A stretch of DNA of 20,000 nt from Peribolospora baueri (GCA_029717555.1 JAMDHS010000003.1:478062-498061), one strand, 5' to 3'; positions 1 to 11,963 are shown, counted from the first letter of the stretch. Translations and numbers: made by a program. The notes: generated by a model not told the origin, from the letters alone.

Positions 1-128
1 GAACAGAACATGTCCTTATTTATGCCCATACGAACGCCCGTCTGCTGCTCTCACGCTCGAACCACCTCGTCCATCCCCCCAGCTCACTGGACAATCCTGT
101 ACAGCGAGCGAAGCGATCCTGTCTCAAG

Positions 129-1157
129 ATGCCGCACAAATCTTCGCGCCGCTACCAAAAGACACACGACACCAACGAGTCCTTCCTCGTACTCGGCCTT
201 CCCATCTGCGCCAATGCGGACCCCACTACAAGGCCCTGGGTGCATCGCAGCCATCTGGGCGAAAAGAATAGTTACCCTGGGGTGGCAGGGTGGAAGGATA
301 CGACGAACACGATTCACAGCACCTGTGCGTCGCTGCGTCTCGTCGCTTCGCCTCACCTGACATGAACTGACCGTCGTCCAGTCGCCACTCCAACCCCCAC
401 ACCTGTCCAAGCGCAGCTGACTTCAACTCTCTCGGCAACACCTCCTCTGCCAAAGGCGTCGACGCACCGAACCTCGGCCGCGCCCAGCGAGCCGCGCGCA
501 GAGGCAAAGGGCGCGTGCCAATAGGCCCTCAGCAGGAGATTGCACATACGTTGCCCGAGGACTTTATTATCGGCCCTATGAGGCCGGAGTGGAAGGGCGA
601 AGAGTTTACGTGCGCCTTTTCCTCGTCAGGGACGACTGAAAGCGGTGGCGGAAAGGGGCCTGGCATTTATTCCCGATCTCCTCCTCCTCCTCTCCGTTTT
701 TCCCCTTCTGACCTTTCAAAGCATTCCCAACGTTCACGCAAAGACGAAAGCCGGCGTTTCCGCACCTCGCTTTGCAGGCAGGGGTCCTCAGGAGGAAGTC
801 CCCATGCCGTGCTACCCTCCGCTCCAATGGCATCCCGAGACCTTTATCCCCGGCGACGAGCTTTCCACGTACGGTCCCGGTGGGGACGAGACCAGGGTCC
901 AATTCTATGTTAGTCCCACTCGACCTCCTTTGCCGGTCGTATATGAGCTGAGTGAGTCTGGACGACCGACGTCTGACCCAGCACGCTGACGGGTCCCATC
1001 CCTTCCTGGCCTTCGCTCCCCTGTCTTCGCTCTTTCTTGCCCTCCCCCGCCCGCGCTTCAGTCCCACGACGAAGACCTGCCTGAACACCCGGCGCACGAA
1101 GCCATTGCCCCCAACGACCGCTACTACCGCCGAAGATCGAGGCTGTACATCCGGTGA
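129..1157 (+). CDS. Hypothetical spliced protein; tentative exons 129-324, 417-609, 722-908 (or -951), 1062-1157 (or -1084)
   Basis: Donors GTGCGT (325), GTGCGC (610) and GTTAGT (909) or GTGAGT (952), with acceptors at 416, 721 and 1061 preceded by CTGAC, join three short ORFs in frame (MPHKSS...IHSTS/DFNSLG...WKGEEFT/IPNVHAK...ETRVQFY). No family recognised. The last junction is ambiguous and the 5' end may lie outside the window. Confidence 0.4.
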
Positions 1158-1827
1158 GTTGCAATTGCCCTGCCTGTCTGCCTTTCAGCATCAGGGGGTT
1201 GCCACCTAGCTCTGTAAACGAATCATGGGGAGAACGACGAGCACGTACATGTCTTTCCAACGTGAAAAAGCCGCTGTCCTTTCGTTGCATAGGCTGAGCA
1301 TCTGAGAAACGGGGCGCCCTCGAGTCCCGCGACGACGACGGCCGTGAGTGCCGTGCGACATTCATCCCTCCGTCATCCTTATATCCGCTTCGTACGCCTT
1401 GCTGCATTCCTTGGTTCCCGAAGCAAGACGGCGGCGTGTGAGCGACTCGTTTTCAACGTCTCGCTTGCATCCGTGTCCCGGCGAGACTGCGGCGCAGCTT
1501 CGGCCCCAGTTGCAAGGAACGGTCCGGTGGACGTCGCCGTCGCCGTCACCGTCACTGCACCGTCTCCCTCTCCGCACCCCTCACCATCTTCAGGTCAAGG
1601 ACGTGTCTAGCGCATAGATGCCGCCTGGACCCGGACGACAGTACGACTGACGAACTCCCACGATACCAACAGACAGGGAGTCGTTCGGCGCCGGACGCTG
1701 CTGGAACGAAGCGAGCGCAACGTGGGCCGGCCCAATTGACCGATCGGACAGTGTTCCCGTCATTCCCTCTCTCGCTTGGCTTGCATTCAATCCAACGACC
1801 AACGACGAACAACTTAGACAAGGCGAG

Positions 1828-4800
1828 ATGAGCAGCAACCCTCGGTCCCCAGCCTCTACTCCTACCCGCTATCCCGGAAACACTCGTCTTAAACGGCTTT
1901 CCCTCTCCACTTCGACCTCCGCATCCAACGTCTCTCCCCTCTATGACAAGGACCTTCCGGCCCTCGCGGTACAGGCGCCGGTGACGACTCTTGTGGCAGA
2001 AAACGGCGACATCGATGGGGCGCCGGAGAACGCAAACGGAAGTGTCGGTCCAGCTCACGGTCAGGGCGGTGTAGCCATCGAGCTCTCAGCCTCGATAAGC
2101 AGCGACAGCTTGCACCCAACTCGGGTGCTGGACAGTGCCACGGTCAAGGATAGGGAACGGTATTGGGCATCAACAATGTCTGGGAGGGAAAGTCCTGTAA
2201 CGAGGAAGGAGATCAGCTTTCCATACGACGGCATGCCCGATTCTGCTACGTCCAGCCCGCTTTGGACATCCGCTTTGCCTTCTGCACGAGGCGACGAACA
2301 GGGTCAGTCAGCAGGGGCGTCGATGGCGGACGGAGGACAGACCGTCAGGAGTAGGAGGTCGCTTTCCCTTCTTGGAAATGATGGCCTCAGCGGCGGCGGC
2401 AGCGGCGTCTCGGAGCGAAGCGCAGGCGAGGAAGGAGCCGGTAACGACGGGTCGTTTGCCATTTCCCGCTCTCCCCTGGCTCGGAGGGATCCCAGGAAAC
2501 GCATGTCCCTTGGATACGTGGCATCTCCCTCCTCTTCCTCCTTCAATCACTACAACCCAGACCGCTCCTCTGCGTCTCCCTCCGGCCTACCCTACTCACC
2601 TGCCGCCAACCACCACCACCCAGGTTCTCCCTTCGCCCGTCAGCAGTCTCAAACCGTTCCCCGTACGCCCACTGCGAATGGACGATCCATCTCCTACAAC
2701 TCGACAGGAGGAGCCACTTCGGCGCCAGACACGCCGTTGACGCGGTACACGACGTCCTTCGACCGCTCTGATGATGCCGGAGGCGAAGTGGATGCGCTGG
2801 CTGCCGTAAGTAGGACGCCTCCGTTGTCCTCTTCGATATCTTCTTGGGGCAGCGGGCGGTCGTTGGCCGTCTCGGCGTCCAAGGACGGCGGTGAGATGAA
2901 CGGAGACGGGGAAGGCTCGACGGCCAGGCCGTCTTCTGTTTCGACGTCCATGGACAGGCATATGGAGCTCTTGGGCTTAATGGCTGGTAAGGAGAGAAAG
3001 TGCTTGGATCTGAGAGAAGGTGAGCCCCACTTTTTTCTTTCCCGAGCTCCGTCTGACTTTTTTCAGAGGTCGTAAGGAGAAGACGGCTTGTTTTAGATAC
3101 CAATAGCTTCCTTTTCTGTTTCCTCAATATACAGAGCTGAAGAGAGAAGAAGCAGAACTGGCGGCTCTTAAGGAAGAATGGCATTCCATCGTTTCCTCCT
3201 CCCTCGCTCCTTCTGCCGGCTCCCATCCTTCTTTGAACCCCCCTGGCGACGGCGGCGCGATCGACTCGGAGAGTTCAAGGTCGACGGCGACAGGCGGCCC
3301 GATCTCATCGTCGCCTTCCGTCACGGGTAGTCGCCCCAACCCTTTCGAAGCACTGGCTTCCTTCGTGGCCACTTCCGACGGTTCAAAAGATGACTCGTCG
3401 AGTGGAAGAGGAAGCGGGGACTGGAAACAACTCCTGGCTGCGAGGCTTCCCGCTGGCGTGGGAGGCCAGGTTGGCGCCTTCTTGGAGGGACTGGCGCAGG
3501 GTGCCAGAGGCGGAGGACCATCAGAGGGGGCGAAGCCAAAGGAGAAGGGCAAAGAGAGGGAGGGGTCGGTTTCGAGCGGCGCGGGCGGGACGCTTGGTGC
3601 GATTGGAGAGGAGGACGAGGAAGGCTCACCTCGTGTGCCCAGGAAGGATATGGATCGGCCAGCGGCCGCAGGAGGGTCGAGCATCATGACAGCGTTGGCC
3701 AAAGTAGACACTTTGGTCATTGTTGCAGGCGACGATAAAACGGAAGAGAGCGGACCTCCAGTTCCTCCTGAACCCTCTCCCTCTCCGCCTCCCCCTTCCA
3801 CTCCTTACCCCACAACGAGACGCCCCAAGGCAGAAGACAAGGATCTCCTCCGCGCATTTGGCCTCAGCGACAGCCCCATTAGCTCCCCTGAGACGGTCGT
3901 TCGAGCGCTCGGCACGGAGGATGGAGAAGAGGAGGAGAAAGAGACTCTTGCCGAGCCGAAAGAAGAGACGAGTGGAGCTGGTGCCGCGGAGGCGGAAGCG
4001 GAGGAGACGAGTGGGTCGATCGCACAAGATCGTCGAGCGTCCATGATCTCGAGCACGACGGAGGGCAGCTCCAGGCCCACCTCTTTCACATCGACCGCTT
4101 CATCCACCGCCCCATCCGATTCGACCGTCCCGTCCCCTTCTACATCTCCTCAACAGCTTCAGAAACAGACGAGACAGGAAAGCCGGACCGACGCACAGGC
4201 GCCTCAGTTCGCCAAAGCGCTTGCCGCCAATGCGGGCAGGGGCAAGGAGACCACGCCGGTCAAGTCGACTGTGCCGAAACATGCCAAGCGCAGGTCGCTC
4301 TTCGACGTGTTGTCTCCGGCGCCTTTCGCGACGTCGTTCTCGTTCGGGTCAGCGGATGCTGCGTCCAACCGGGGGGTTGGACGCACGAGCGTTGACGGCG
4401 CTGGACCAGAGGCCTCGGAGAACACACCGCCGGCGAAGGTTGTGTCCTCGAACTTTGGTCTATTGTCGGAAATGCGCAAGGCAGGTGAGGACGGCTGGTC
4501 GAACTGGTCGAAGCGTCTCGCGTCGAGCGAGACGTTCAAGGCTGGGCAAAAACTCTTGAGCAAGGCGGAGCAGCGCGTCATCGAGGCCATTACTGTCGAC
4601 GTGGAGGAAACGTGGAACAGCACAGGTTCCAGCAGTAGCGCCGCTGCCAGAGCGAGGCAGCACCATCACCAGCAGCAGCAGCAGCAGCAGCATGTGTCTG
4701 GGCAATCGAAACCGAGGACGGTCGACCAGCGTAGGAGCGCGACCAGCGCCGGCGGATATCGAGAGCCGTCAAGTCCTAGTTCGCTTTCCGCTAATGTCGG

Positions 4801-5341
4801 CAGCCTCGGCGGTGCTGGCGGCCGACGGACGTCGTCCTCTTCTTCGACCGCGGGAAAGATGGAAGCCGAGGGTCCTGAGGCCGATACAAATCAACAACAG
4901 CAGCGAGGTCGATTGGCGCCTTCGTCCGCACTGGCACCGTCGTCGTCATCGCAAGCGCAACGTCGGAGTTCGTCTACCCACTCTTCTTCCGCCTCTCCCT
5001 CCTCCGCTCGTTCCCGCTCCCCCACCGAAGCCACGATGTTGGCCCCAGGAGCGCCACCCGGCTCAGCGCGCTCGACCGGAAGTGCCAAATCCCCGATGAC
5101 GGGGTGGGAATGGGACGAAAGCGACGCATGGAAGGAGGAGGAGCTAAAGCAGATTGCGACGGCTAGGAAGAAGACTGGTGGCAAGGGCTTGCGGTCAAGT
5201 TGGAGTGGCGGTAATGCTGGCGGAGGTGTGGGTACTGGAGTAGACGAGGTGAGAAAGGCGGCTGGCCCGCCTGGTGCTGTGGAGGGGAGGAGGAGGAGTA
5301 GGGCTGCGGTAGACAAAGCGCTCGGGAAGGAGTCGAGATAA
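1828..5341 (+). CDS. About 1132-aa Ser/Gly-rich low-complexity protein with a short coiled coil (DUF4048/Tda11-like); exons 1828-3019, 3135-5341
   Basis: Intron 3020-3134 (GTGAGC...TACAG, phase 1) fuses the 415-aa and 702-aa ORFs and rebuilds ELLGLMAGKERKCLDLREELKREEAELAALKEEW, which resembles the fungal 'LLTALAAQERRVLELKEEL...W' coiled-coil motif. The family label is from memory and is less certain than the gene itself. Confidence 0.75.
4670..4690 (+). repeat. (CAG)7 coding microsatellite, poly-Gln
   Basis: Seven perfect CAG units in frame (QHHHQQQQQQQH). Confidence 0.95.
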
Positions 5342-5908
5342 GATGGGGGCGGCACTCGACTTGTGTCCCCCCTAGCTATGGACTGCTTCTACGTGACCAT
5401 TCTTCTTCCTCCGCTTCAGGTCATTCTCGCTTCATATCGAGCAACTCTTTCTGCCTTCCGCATCTCACCGTGCGTCTTGCGCTGTGCGCCGCACGACCGC
5501 AGCGAGCCAGCCTTTCTCTCCTTCTTGCTGCACGCAGTGTCGTTTTTTGCTTTTGTGATTCGTTCCCATCATCATGATCAACGTGTCTCGTCTCGTATTA
5601 CTTGCGCATTTTCGCCCCCTTTGGATTCGCCGAGGGATCTCCTAGAGAGGATGAGCCGTGGGCACGTTCTAAAAAAACTATTTCTTTTGTTCGTGCTGCA
5701 TTTATTCGCTCCGAGCGAGCGAAGTCGAGTCTAGCGCGAACCCGGCGTACGTCTTCACAAAGGCACAGATCGAATCGATCCAAGAGAGAAGCAGAACATC
5801 AGGGCTGCTATCGCAGCTTTTGATTGCAGACGTGGAAAAGGAGTGGAGACTGCTGCAAGGACTCCCGACCCAGCGAGAGCCGCTCCTGGTCGCGCGATTC
5901 TCAATCGA

Positions 5909-7226
5909 TCAACGACTGACTTTAGGCAACCAACGCACGACGGCCGTGGCCTTCCCGCTGACGTAGGTGTAGACGTACCATCCGTACGAGCAAGCTTGGG
6001 ACGCTGTGAAGACGATGTGATCTGCAGGGTACGTCCGAGGAGCGTGAGAGGATCGCGTGAAAAGACGGGTCGGCGACGTTCAGCGTGATGACGTCCTGGG
6101 TCATCTCCTCGTCGTCACGCCGTCTGCCGAACCTTCCGGCTAGAATTCCAAAACCTCATCCCGTAGCTGCGTGGAGAGAGCTGGAGTCCAGCATCGTCCA
6201 AGAAGGTACTCACGACGGACCCAATCACAGGGAAGGCACTCAGGAAGACCAGGGGAACGGATCCGAACCATATGACGACAGGGAGCCAACGAGAAATAGA
6301 CTTGGCTTGACGGAACTGCTTGCCGAACTGTGCGCGGCGGCGGAGTGGGCGAGGGCATCAAGCGAGAGCGTGTGCGATGTGGGGCTCAGTGAAGCCAGAA
6401 GGAAGAATGGAGCGTAGTTGAGCTCGCGCAGAAGATACGTCGAACACTTACTCCGGCTAAAAATCCGGTTGCGACGGTATACAGAGCGAGTCCAACGAGA
6501 TAAAAAGCTGGGCACAGGTGGAGGGGAGAAGCATTGAAAGGGAGCAGATGCGACAACCGTAGAGTGGTGAGAGTTTCAGCGCTCTTTCCCGTGCAGATGA
6601 CGCGTCCAGTTCGCTTACTGGTGAACAGTCCGAGGATCGACGCCCACGCAAAGACGACGGACAAGATAGTCGAGCAAGAAGCGGCGGCGGCTCTGAAATC
6701 AGGAAAAGATAAAAAATTAGCAACGACAATAAAATGAGGCGGTTACTTAGAGTTCTAGTCAGACATGGCGACAGATCCCCTCTGTCCAAGTGGACTTGAC
6801 ACCACGTCGTCAAAGTCTGGGGGACCACAGCGGCAACAAAATTTCGACGTACATGACACCAAAGCCCTTGGCTCTTCCGCTGTTGCTGAGGCCCAGCCAG
6901 CTGTAGGCACACTTTTCATCGCCAAAAGAGATCTCATTGGCCTCTCCGCCTCTGACGCTGCCCTTCTCGATGTCATTTTCGAGGTCGGAGGCTGTATAAG
7001 CCGGGGTGCCGCCGTCGAAAGTGCGAGAGGAGGCGTAATGAGAATGCCAGTTCTCCGAGGAAACGCCGCGGGCAAGCAAGGGGTTTGGTCGGAAGGCGAC
7101 TCTGAGCGAATGCATGCTGGGCGAATTACAGCATTCGTGCTGGTTGCGGAAGCGAGTCGCTCAGTGTGCGTGGGTGTGGAGGTGGAACAGCAGGGAGGAA
7201 TGGACAATGAACGAACGAGTGCGCAT
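5909..7226 (-). CDS. Diverged Got1/Sft2-family membrane protein, paralog of the adjacent SFT2; exons 7226-7217 (tentative), 6991-6853, 6692-6619, 6507-6452, 6327-6214, 6139-6133 (tentative microexon), 6021-5909
   Basis: Spliced product ...AYSWLGLSNSGRAKGFGVI/AAAASCSTILSVVFAWASILGLFT/TFYLVGLALYTVATGFLAG/FGKQFRQAKSISRWLPVVIWFGSVPLVFLSAFPVIGSV/..DHIVFTASQACSYGWYVYTYVSGKATAVVRWLPKVSR aligns collinearly with the SFT2 at 8281-9474. Canonical donors GTACGT, GTAAGC, GTAAGT, GTGAGT. The 74-nt and 56-nt exons have the same size and phase in both genes. Confidence 0.75.
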
Positions 7227-7355
7227 CCACGATAGGGAAAACAAGAAACAAACATAAAAGTCAGACGAGTCCAAGTCCTTGTGACCTGCGCAAGGTAGAG
7301 GGAGTAGGAGAAGAGGAAGAAAGAAAGTGCGTCGAGGAGGGAAAATCTCGAACGC

Positions 7356-7389
7356 GAGGTACCGGGGGCAGGGAGGTACCGGGGGCAGG
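7356..7389. repeat. Perfect 17-bp tandem duplication GAGGTACCGGGGGCAGG x2
   Basis: Units at 7356-7372 and 7373-7389, in the intergenic region between the divergent SFT2-family genes. Confidence 0.9.
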
Positions 7390-7473
7390 GGATCTTGAAA
7401 TATACCGTCTCGAAGGCACGTAAGAAAGATAGGCACTGGGGCTGATCCTGATCCTACCTCTACTAGCCTAGAT

Positions 7474-7492
7474 TCGTCCTGACTCAGGACGA
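7474..7492. promoter_or_regulatory. 19-bp quasi-palindrome centred on TGACTCA (AP-1/Gcn4-type bZIP consensus)
   Basis: TCGTCCTGA-C-TCAGGACGA; TGACTCA at 7480-7486. A regulatory role is inferred only. Confidence 0.35.
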
Positions 7493-8280
7493 CTCAACCG
7501 CATTAGCCGAGAATCCGCGACGGCTGTTGCCTGGTCTGAACATGGTACTGTGGGGAAACAAACGGACTAAACATGTAGATGCAGTAGAAAAACCTACAAT
7601 CTCAGTTCAACTGCATATGTATAGACTCTGGTAATACGGCTGACGACGGAGGTTGAATGTGAAGGATGGTCAGTTATACGAGCTTGCCCGCAAGAGACGT
7701 CAACCGGTGAGACTTGGTAACCGTCCAATAACATCAACATGGGAACGGCGTGGCAAGGAAAACCACTCAAGCTGGCATAAAGCCCCAAGAATGCCGTCAG
7801 CCATAGAATCGACATGTGATCATCCTAACCAGACTCTGCTCTTTTGCCACGCCGTTTGTTGCCCATGACGACGGCGAGAGAAGGGCGAGCTGAACCTGTG
7901 AGACCCTGAAGTTAGAGGTTGAAAATCAGTACTTGGGGAGTCTACACCAGTGTGTGCTCCTTGTCACTCGCGGGGGAGAGAAAGAGGTGGTGTTGACCGA
8001 AAGACTTGCCGAGGTCAAAGGAGGCCATTCATTGTCGTTCCCCAACGCGGCCCTCGAGAAGCATCGCGACACCGCCCCGGAGCACTGCGGCAAGATCCGT
8101 CACCCATCCAGCAACAGTCAGTCGCCAGGCGTTGTGTCAGAAACGACAACAACCGAGCCTCCTTCATCAGCACGACAGGTCACTCGCCTAGTGTTCACGC
8201 AGAGTAATCGCTTCTTGGAGAGGCTATTGGCTAATTGAGACAGGAACGGGAAAAAGGGCGGAAACAGGACAGCCAGTAAG

Positions 8281-9474
8281 ATGTCGGGACGATGGTGAGT
8301 GAACTTTCGAGTTGCATGTGCATATCATCGTTGCGGTCACCAAAGAGGATTGCATACCATTTGAAGGGCATGGGATATGCCATATGACGCTCATCGCACT
8401 TTGTCCTCGCCTTGATACAGGCTTAACATCGACACGAATGCGATCAAGAACGTCAACTCGGAGCTGACCGAGGACAGCTCCCAGTTTGATTTCTTGCAGC
8501 TTAGTCGACAGCAGCGCCTGATAGGATTTGCTGGCTGGTAAGCCGACGGATTGGATGGTAGACTGAATTGGCAGCAATGTGATGGCTGCCAGTCGAAAAA
8601 TGACGTATACGTGCCGTTCTTCCCTTTCTTTGCTCCTACTCTGCGCTTTTCTTTACGTTCTTTTCAACTGGACAGCTTCATCGGCGGCTTCGTCATCTCC
8701 CTTCTTGGATCGATTCTTCTCTTTACGGGTAACCTCGCTCTTTTCGCAGGTGAGCTCTGAGGATTCTGGACTACTCCGGACGGGGACTCGATTGTGACCG
8801 AGTCGTGATGAGCGCACATGCTTACTAGCAACTCTAACGGTTTGGTATAGTGCTTTACTCGGTCGGCGTTGTCGTCTCGCTCGTTGGAACGGGCTTCCTC
8901 CTCGGCGTGAGTTGAACTCTACGTGTTACCTGTTATCACACGTCCGTTTGTGCTTGTGGACGTATGTATGCGTGCATGGTAGTCAAGCTGAACGTTTCTC
9001 TATTTTGCCATCGCGTCTTGGCCTACCTTTCCTCCCCGTCGCCAGTTCGTCCGCCAATTCAAGCAGATGTTCAACCCAGTCCGACTAGTGGCGACGTGCA
9101 TCTTCCTAGCCGCGATGGTGATGGTCTTCGTGAGCGCATTTGCGCTCCGCATCGACGTGAGTGCTCCGTGTCAAACAAGCGACACCTTTGCCGGCCATGT
9201 CCAGCGGAAACGTTGCGACGCACGGCCTTGATTGCCTGACGTGCCTTGTTCCTCCTTCACCAGGCCCTGGCCATCGTCTTCTGCATTATCGAGTACCTTG
9301 CCTTCCTCTGGTATTGCCTTTCATATATCCCTTACGCAAGGTGAGTGTCCGTCCAAACTTTTCTTCCGCCAAGAGTGTCTCTCGCTGTCTGTCTCACCGA
9401 GGCCTTCGCCCTGTCCTTCGGACTGATCGATCAACAGGGCGGCAGCCAAAAAGTTGTTTGGCAACCTCTTCTGA
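8281..9474 (+). CDS. SFT2: Got1/Sft2-like vesicle transport protein, 161 aa; exons 8281-8294, 8421-8537, 8676-8749, 8851-8906, 9046-9156, 9264-9340, 9438-9474
   Basis: Six canonical GT-AG introns give MSGRWLNIDTNAIK...LQLSRQQRLIGFAGCFIGGFVISLLGSILLFTGNLALFAVLYSVGVVVSLVGTGFLLGFVRQFKQMFNPVRLVATCIFLAAMVMVFVSAFALRIDALAIVFCIIEYLAFLWYCLSYIPYARAAAKKLFGNLF*, with family hallmarks 'QRL.GF', 'Q.K.MF...RL' and 'WY.LSYIPY'. Confidence 0.93.
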
Positions 9475-10020
9475 GTTTTGACCGAAGGAGTCAAAAGGGT
9501 TTTTTTGTCCGTCGCAGCTTAGCTCGTCAGCGCCGTCTTCCATTTCGGAGTCTTTGCCCGTCCACACGACGTGCTGCGACTCCTACTTCCTGCGCCCGTC
9601 CATCTTTCCGATCTCGCTATCGACTTCGGTTTCGTGCTCTCCTTCCGGTTTTTCTGTACTTGTCACGGTCTAATAAAGTCTGGGCTTGGTTGTGCAATGT
9701 CCTCTTTTCTTGTCCTTAGCAAAGAGTCCAATGACCTCGAGTGGCCGGACGGACGACAGCGTTATGGCTCGACCACTCGTTCGTTCGGGGCCAGGCCTTT
9801 TGTTCGGCCGGTCCGCCCGATGAATCCCTTTCGCTCAGGACCTGTTACGCCAACCAATTCCACGCCTACCGATCGTGCCTGGATCGGCGATGCGATGATG
9901 ATGGAGACAGCGTTGCGACGAGCGGCGGTTGCCATTGCAATGCGAGTATAGGATAAGGAAGAAAACAAAAGACAGCGAGCTCGAGCTCGCGACTCGTCTA
10001 AAGCGTAGGTGGCCGCCCCG

Positions 10021-11849
10021 TCATTCCTCGACGCCCTCGGCTCTCCGCTCCTTCTCCCTCCGAATCGCCAGCCACTTCTCCCTCTCCTCCTTCTCCTTCT
10101 CCAAATCCGGATCAGTAAAGACGGCAAACCGGCTTCTGAACCGGTCATCCCATTGGACCGGTTTAGACGGTTTGACAATGTCAAAACCTTCCTTTTCGCC
10201 GCGCCAGCTAAGCTCCTTTTTGATACGCTGGGCTCGGAGCTCGGATTCAGTAGGCGGGGGATAATTCTTCTCTTCCTTTGTAGGTTCCCTTTCTCCCCTC
10301 GCCAAGGCGCGCGCAGTGGCCAGCTTCTCGGGCAGCTCAGCATAGAACCTAGCCTTGGCGTCGTCGAGGTACTTGGGCAGCTTAAAGAAGGAGGGCTTGT
10401 AGAAGCGCTCGCTGTCGAGACCCCAGTCGAGGTCGCTGTGCGTCGGCGCGCCCGTCGTCCTGTCCTCCGCTTCTCGTCCTCCCTCGCGCTCTCCTTGCTC
10501 CTCCGTCTCGGGCACCCAAGGACCTTCATCCCGTTGATCTGGAGGAAACTCAAAATCTCGCCGGCCACCGAGGACGAGACGGATGGCGGTCTCACCGCCC
10601 TCGCGCACCTTGTCGCGCTGTCGGAAAAAGCCCACGATCCTCCTCGGCCAGGTGCGGAAGCCGATCTGGGTGGCATAAGGGACGTAGAGAAGGGGTGGTT
10701 GAGCGGGGAGGACGTCGGGTGGGGGGATAAGAGTCGGTTCTGTGGTCGATCGAGACGAGGCGGCGGGGGAAGGAGGCGCGGGGGCGGGCGCACGACGGAG
10801 AGCGGAGAAAGGTGCAAAGAGGCTGGATCGTTGCGACGACGAAGAGGAAAGCCGGGAGGGCGGAGCGGCGTCGTCACCGTCCGCCTCTGCCGCCAGCATC
10901 CTGATCCGTCGCTCCACCTCATCCTCTTCACCAAGGTCTTCATCCGCCCTCAAGTTGTCCGCGTCAGGCGAAGAAACAACGCCTTCCGATGCCATCTCTT
11001 GCCGCTTTGGCGGCTCATCAAATGCCCGGTCTTCCTCTTGCTCGAGTATCTTCACCAGCCTCTCCTCCTCCTCTCCTTCCCGCGGCGGCTGAGCGGGGAT
11101 ATGCCCGCTCCAGCCGCGCTTCAATCCAGCCATATACTCCTTGAATGCGGGTCTACCAACGACAAGGACGCCTCCCTCGAGCTCGCGCTGAAGTTTTTGT
11201 TCGGGTGTGAGGATGGTGGGAGGAAGATCCGGCTCGGGCGGTTGGGGCCCTCTGGCTTCTAATCGGCGTCGGTCGTGCACGCGCGCTTCGATGGCGCGGG
11301 CAAGCGCTCCGTGCTGCTTTCCTGCGACGGTCTCCCAGTCTACCGCTGCCGCCACGAGGATGGGCTGAAAAGAGGAGGGAGAGGGAGAGGTAAATCGTAT
11401 GAGGGCGGAGCGAGACCTGTGAAGCGACAGGGCCAACTCACCTTGACATACTTGCGAAAGTAGCGCAAACCGCGATCCCAGTCATCGTCCTCGGGTCCCT
11501 TAGCACCGAGAACGAGCACCTTCCTTCCGTAGTCGAGGCTGTTATCCAAAGTCTGTTCGCCGAGGTACTTCACGCGGTCCTCGTACTCCTTGCGGATGCG
11601 CTTGCACTGTCTCCGGTCGTCCCAGTAGAGGTAGGAGAGTGTGCCGGTGAGAGTCCAAAATATGAGCCAGTTGCGGCCCGGTAGGCGCGGTCGCCAGGTG
11701 AGCACGGAGCGGGGTATGCCCATGTACTGGAGCGGGGCGAGGGCGCGAGGGACGGGTCGGGGGGGCGGCTTGGCAGGGAGGGTGGACTTGGAGGAGGAGG
11801 AGGAGGCGGCGCCGTCGGAGGGCGGGGGTGGCGGAGGAGGTTGGGCCAT
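10021..11849 (-). CDS. TIM54: Mitochondrial inner-membrane translocase subunit Tim54, about 583 aa; exons 11849-11442, 11364-10021
   Basis: Motifs 'YMGIP...RLPGRNWLIFW...YWDDRRQCKRI', 'YFRKYVK/PILVAAAVDW' and 'VVGRPAFKEYMAGLKRGW'. One phase-0 intron, 11441-11365 (GTGAGT...TTTCAG). Confidence 0.93.
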
Positions 11850-11963
11850 CTTGGAAGGGCCTGGCCTGATGTGACTGACTCCTCGGCGAGATGGCGGTGA
11901 CGACTTTGGGCAAGCATTTACAACGACGACGAGGAGGATGAAGAAGAATGCGAATAATCGCCT

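Noticed and set aside
2543..5355. Several 100-230 aa minus-strand ORFs
   Set aside because: Antisense shadows of the low-complexity 1828-5341 gene.
7594..7815. 73-aa minus ORF starting with a signal-peptide-like MSILWLTAFLGLYASLSG
   Set aside because: Short, intronless, atypical codon usage, in a divergent promoter region; no further support.
8207..8234. ATCGCTTCT...TTGGCTAA resembling the 5' end of U2 snRNA
   Set aside because: The invariant GATCAAGTGTAGTA branch-pairing region does not follow; chance match in the SFT2 upstream region.
10009..11262. 417-aa + strand ORF (and the 393-aa - strand ORF at 9762-10943)
   Set aside because: Antisense or alternative-frame shadows of the GC-rich TIM54 exon; no independent motifs.
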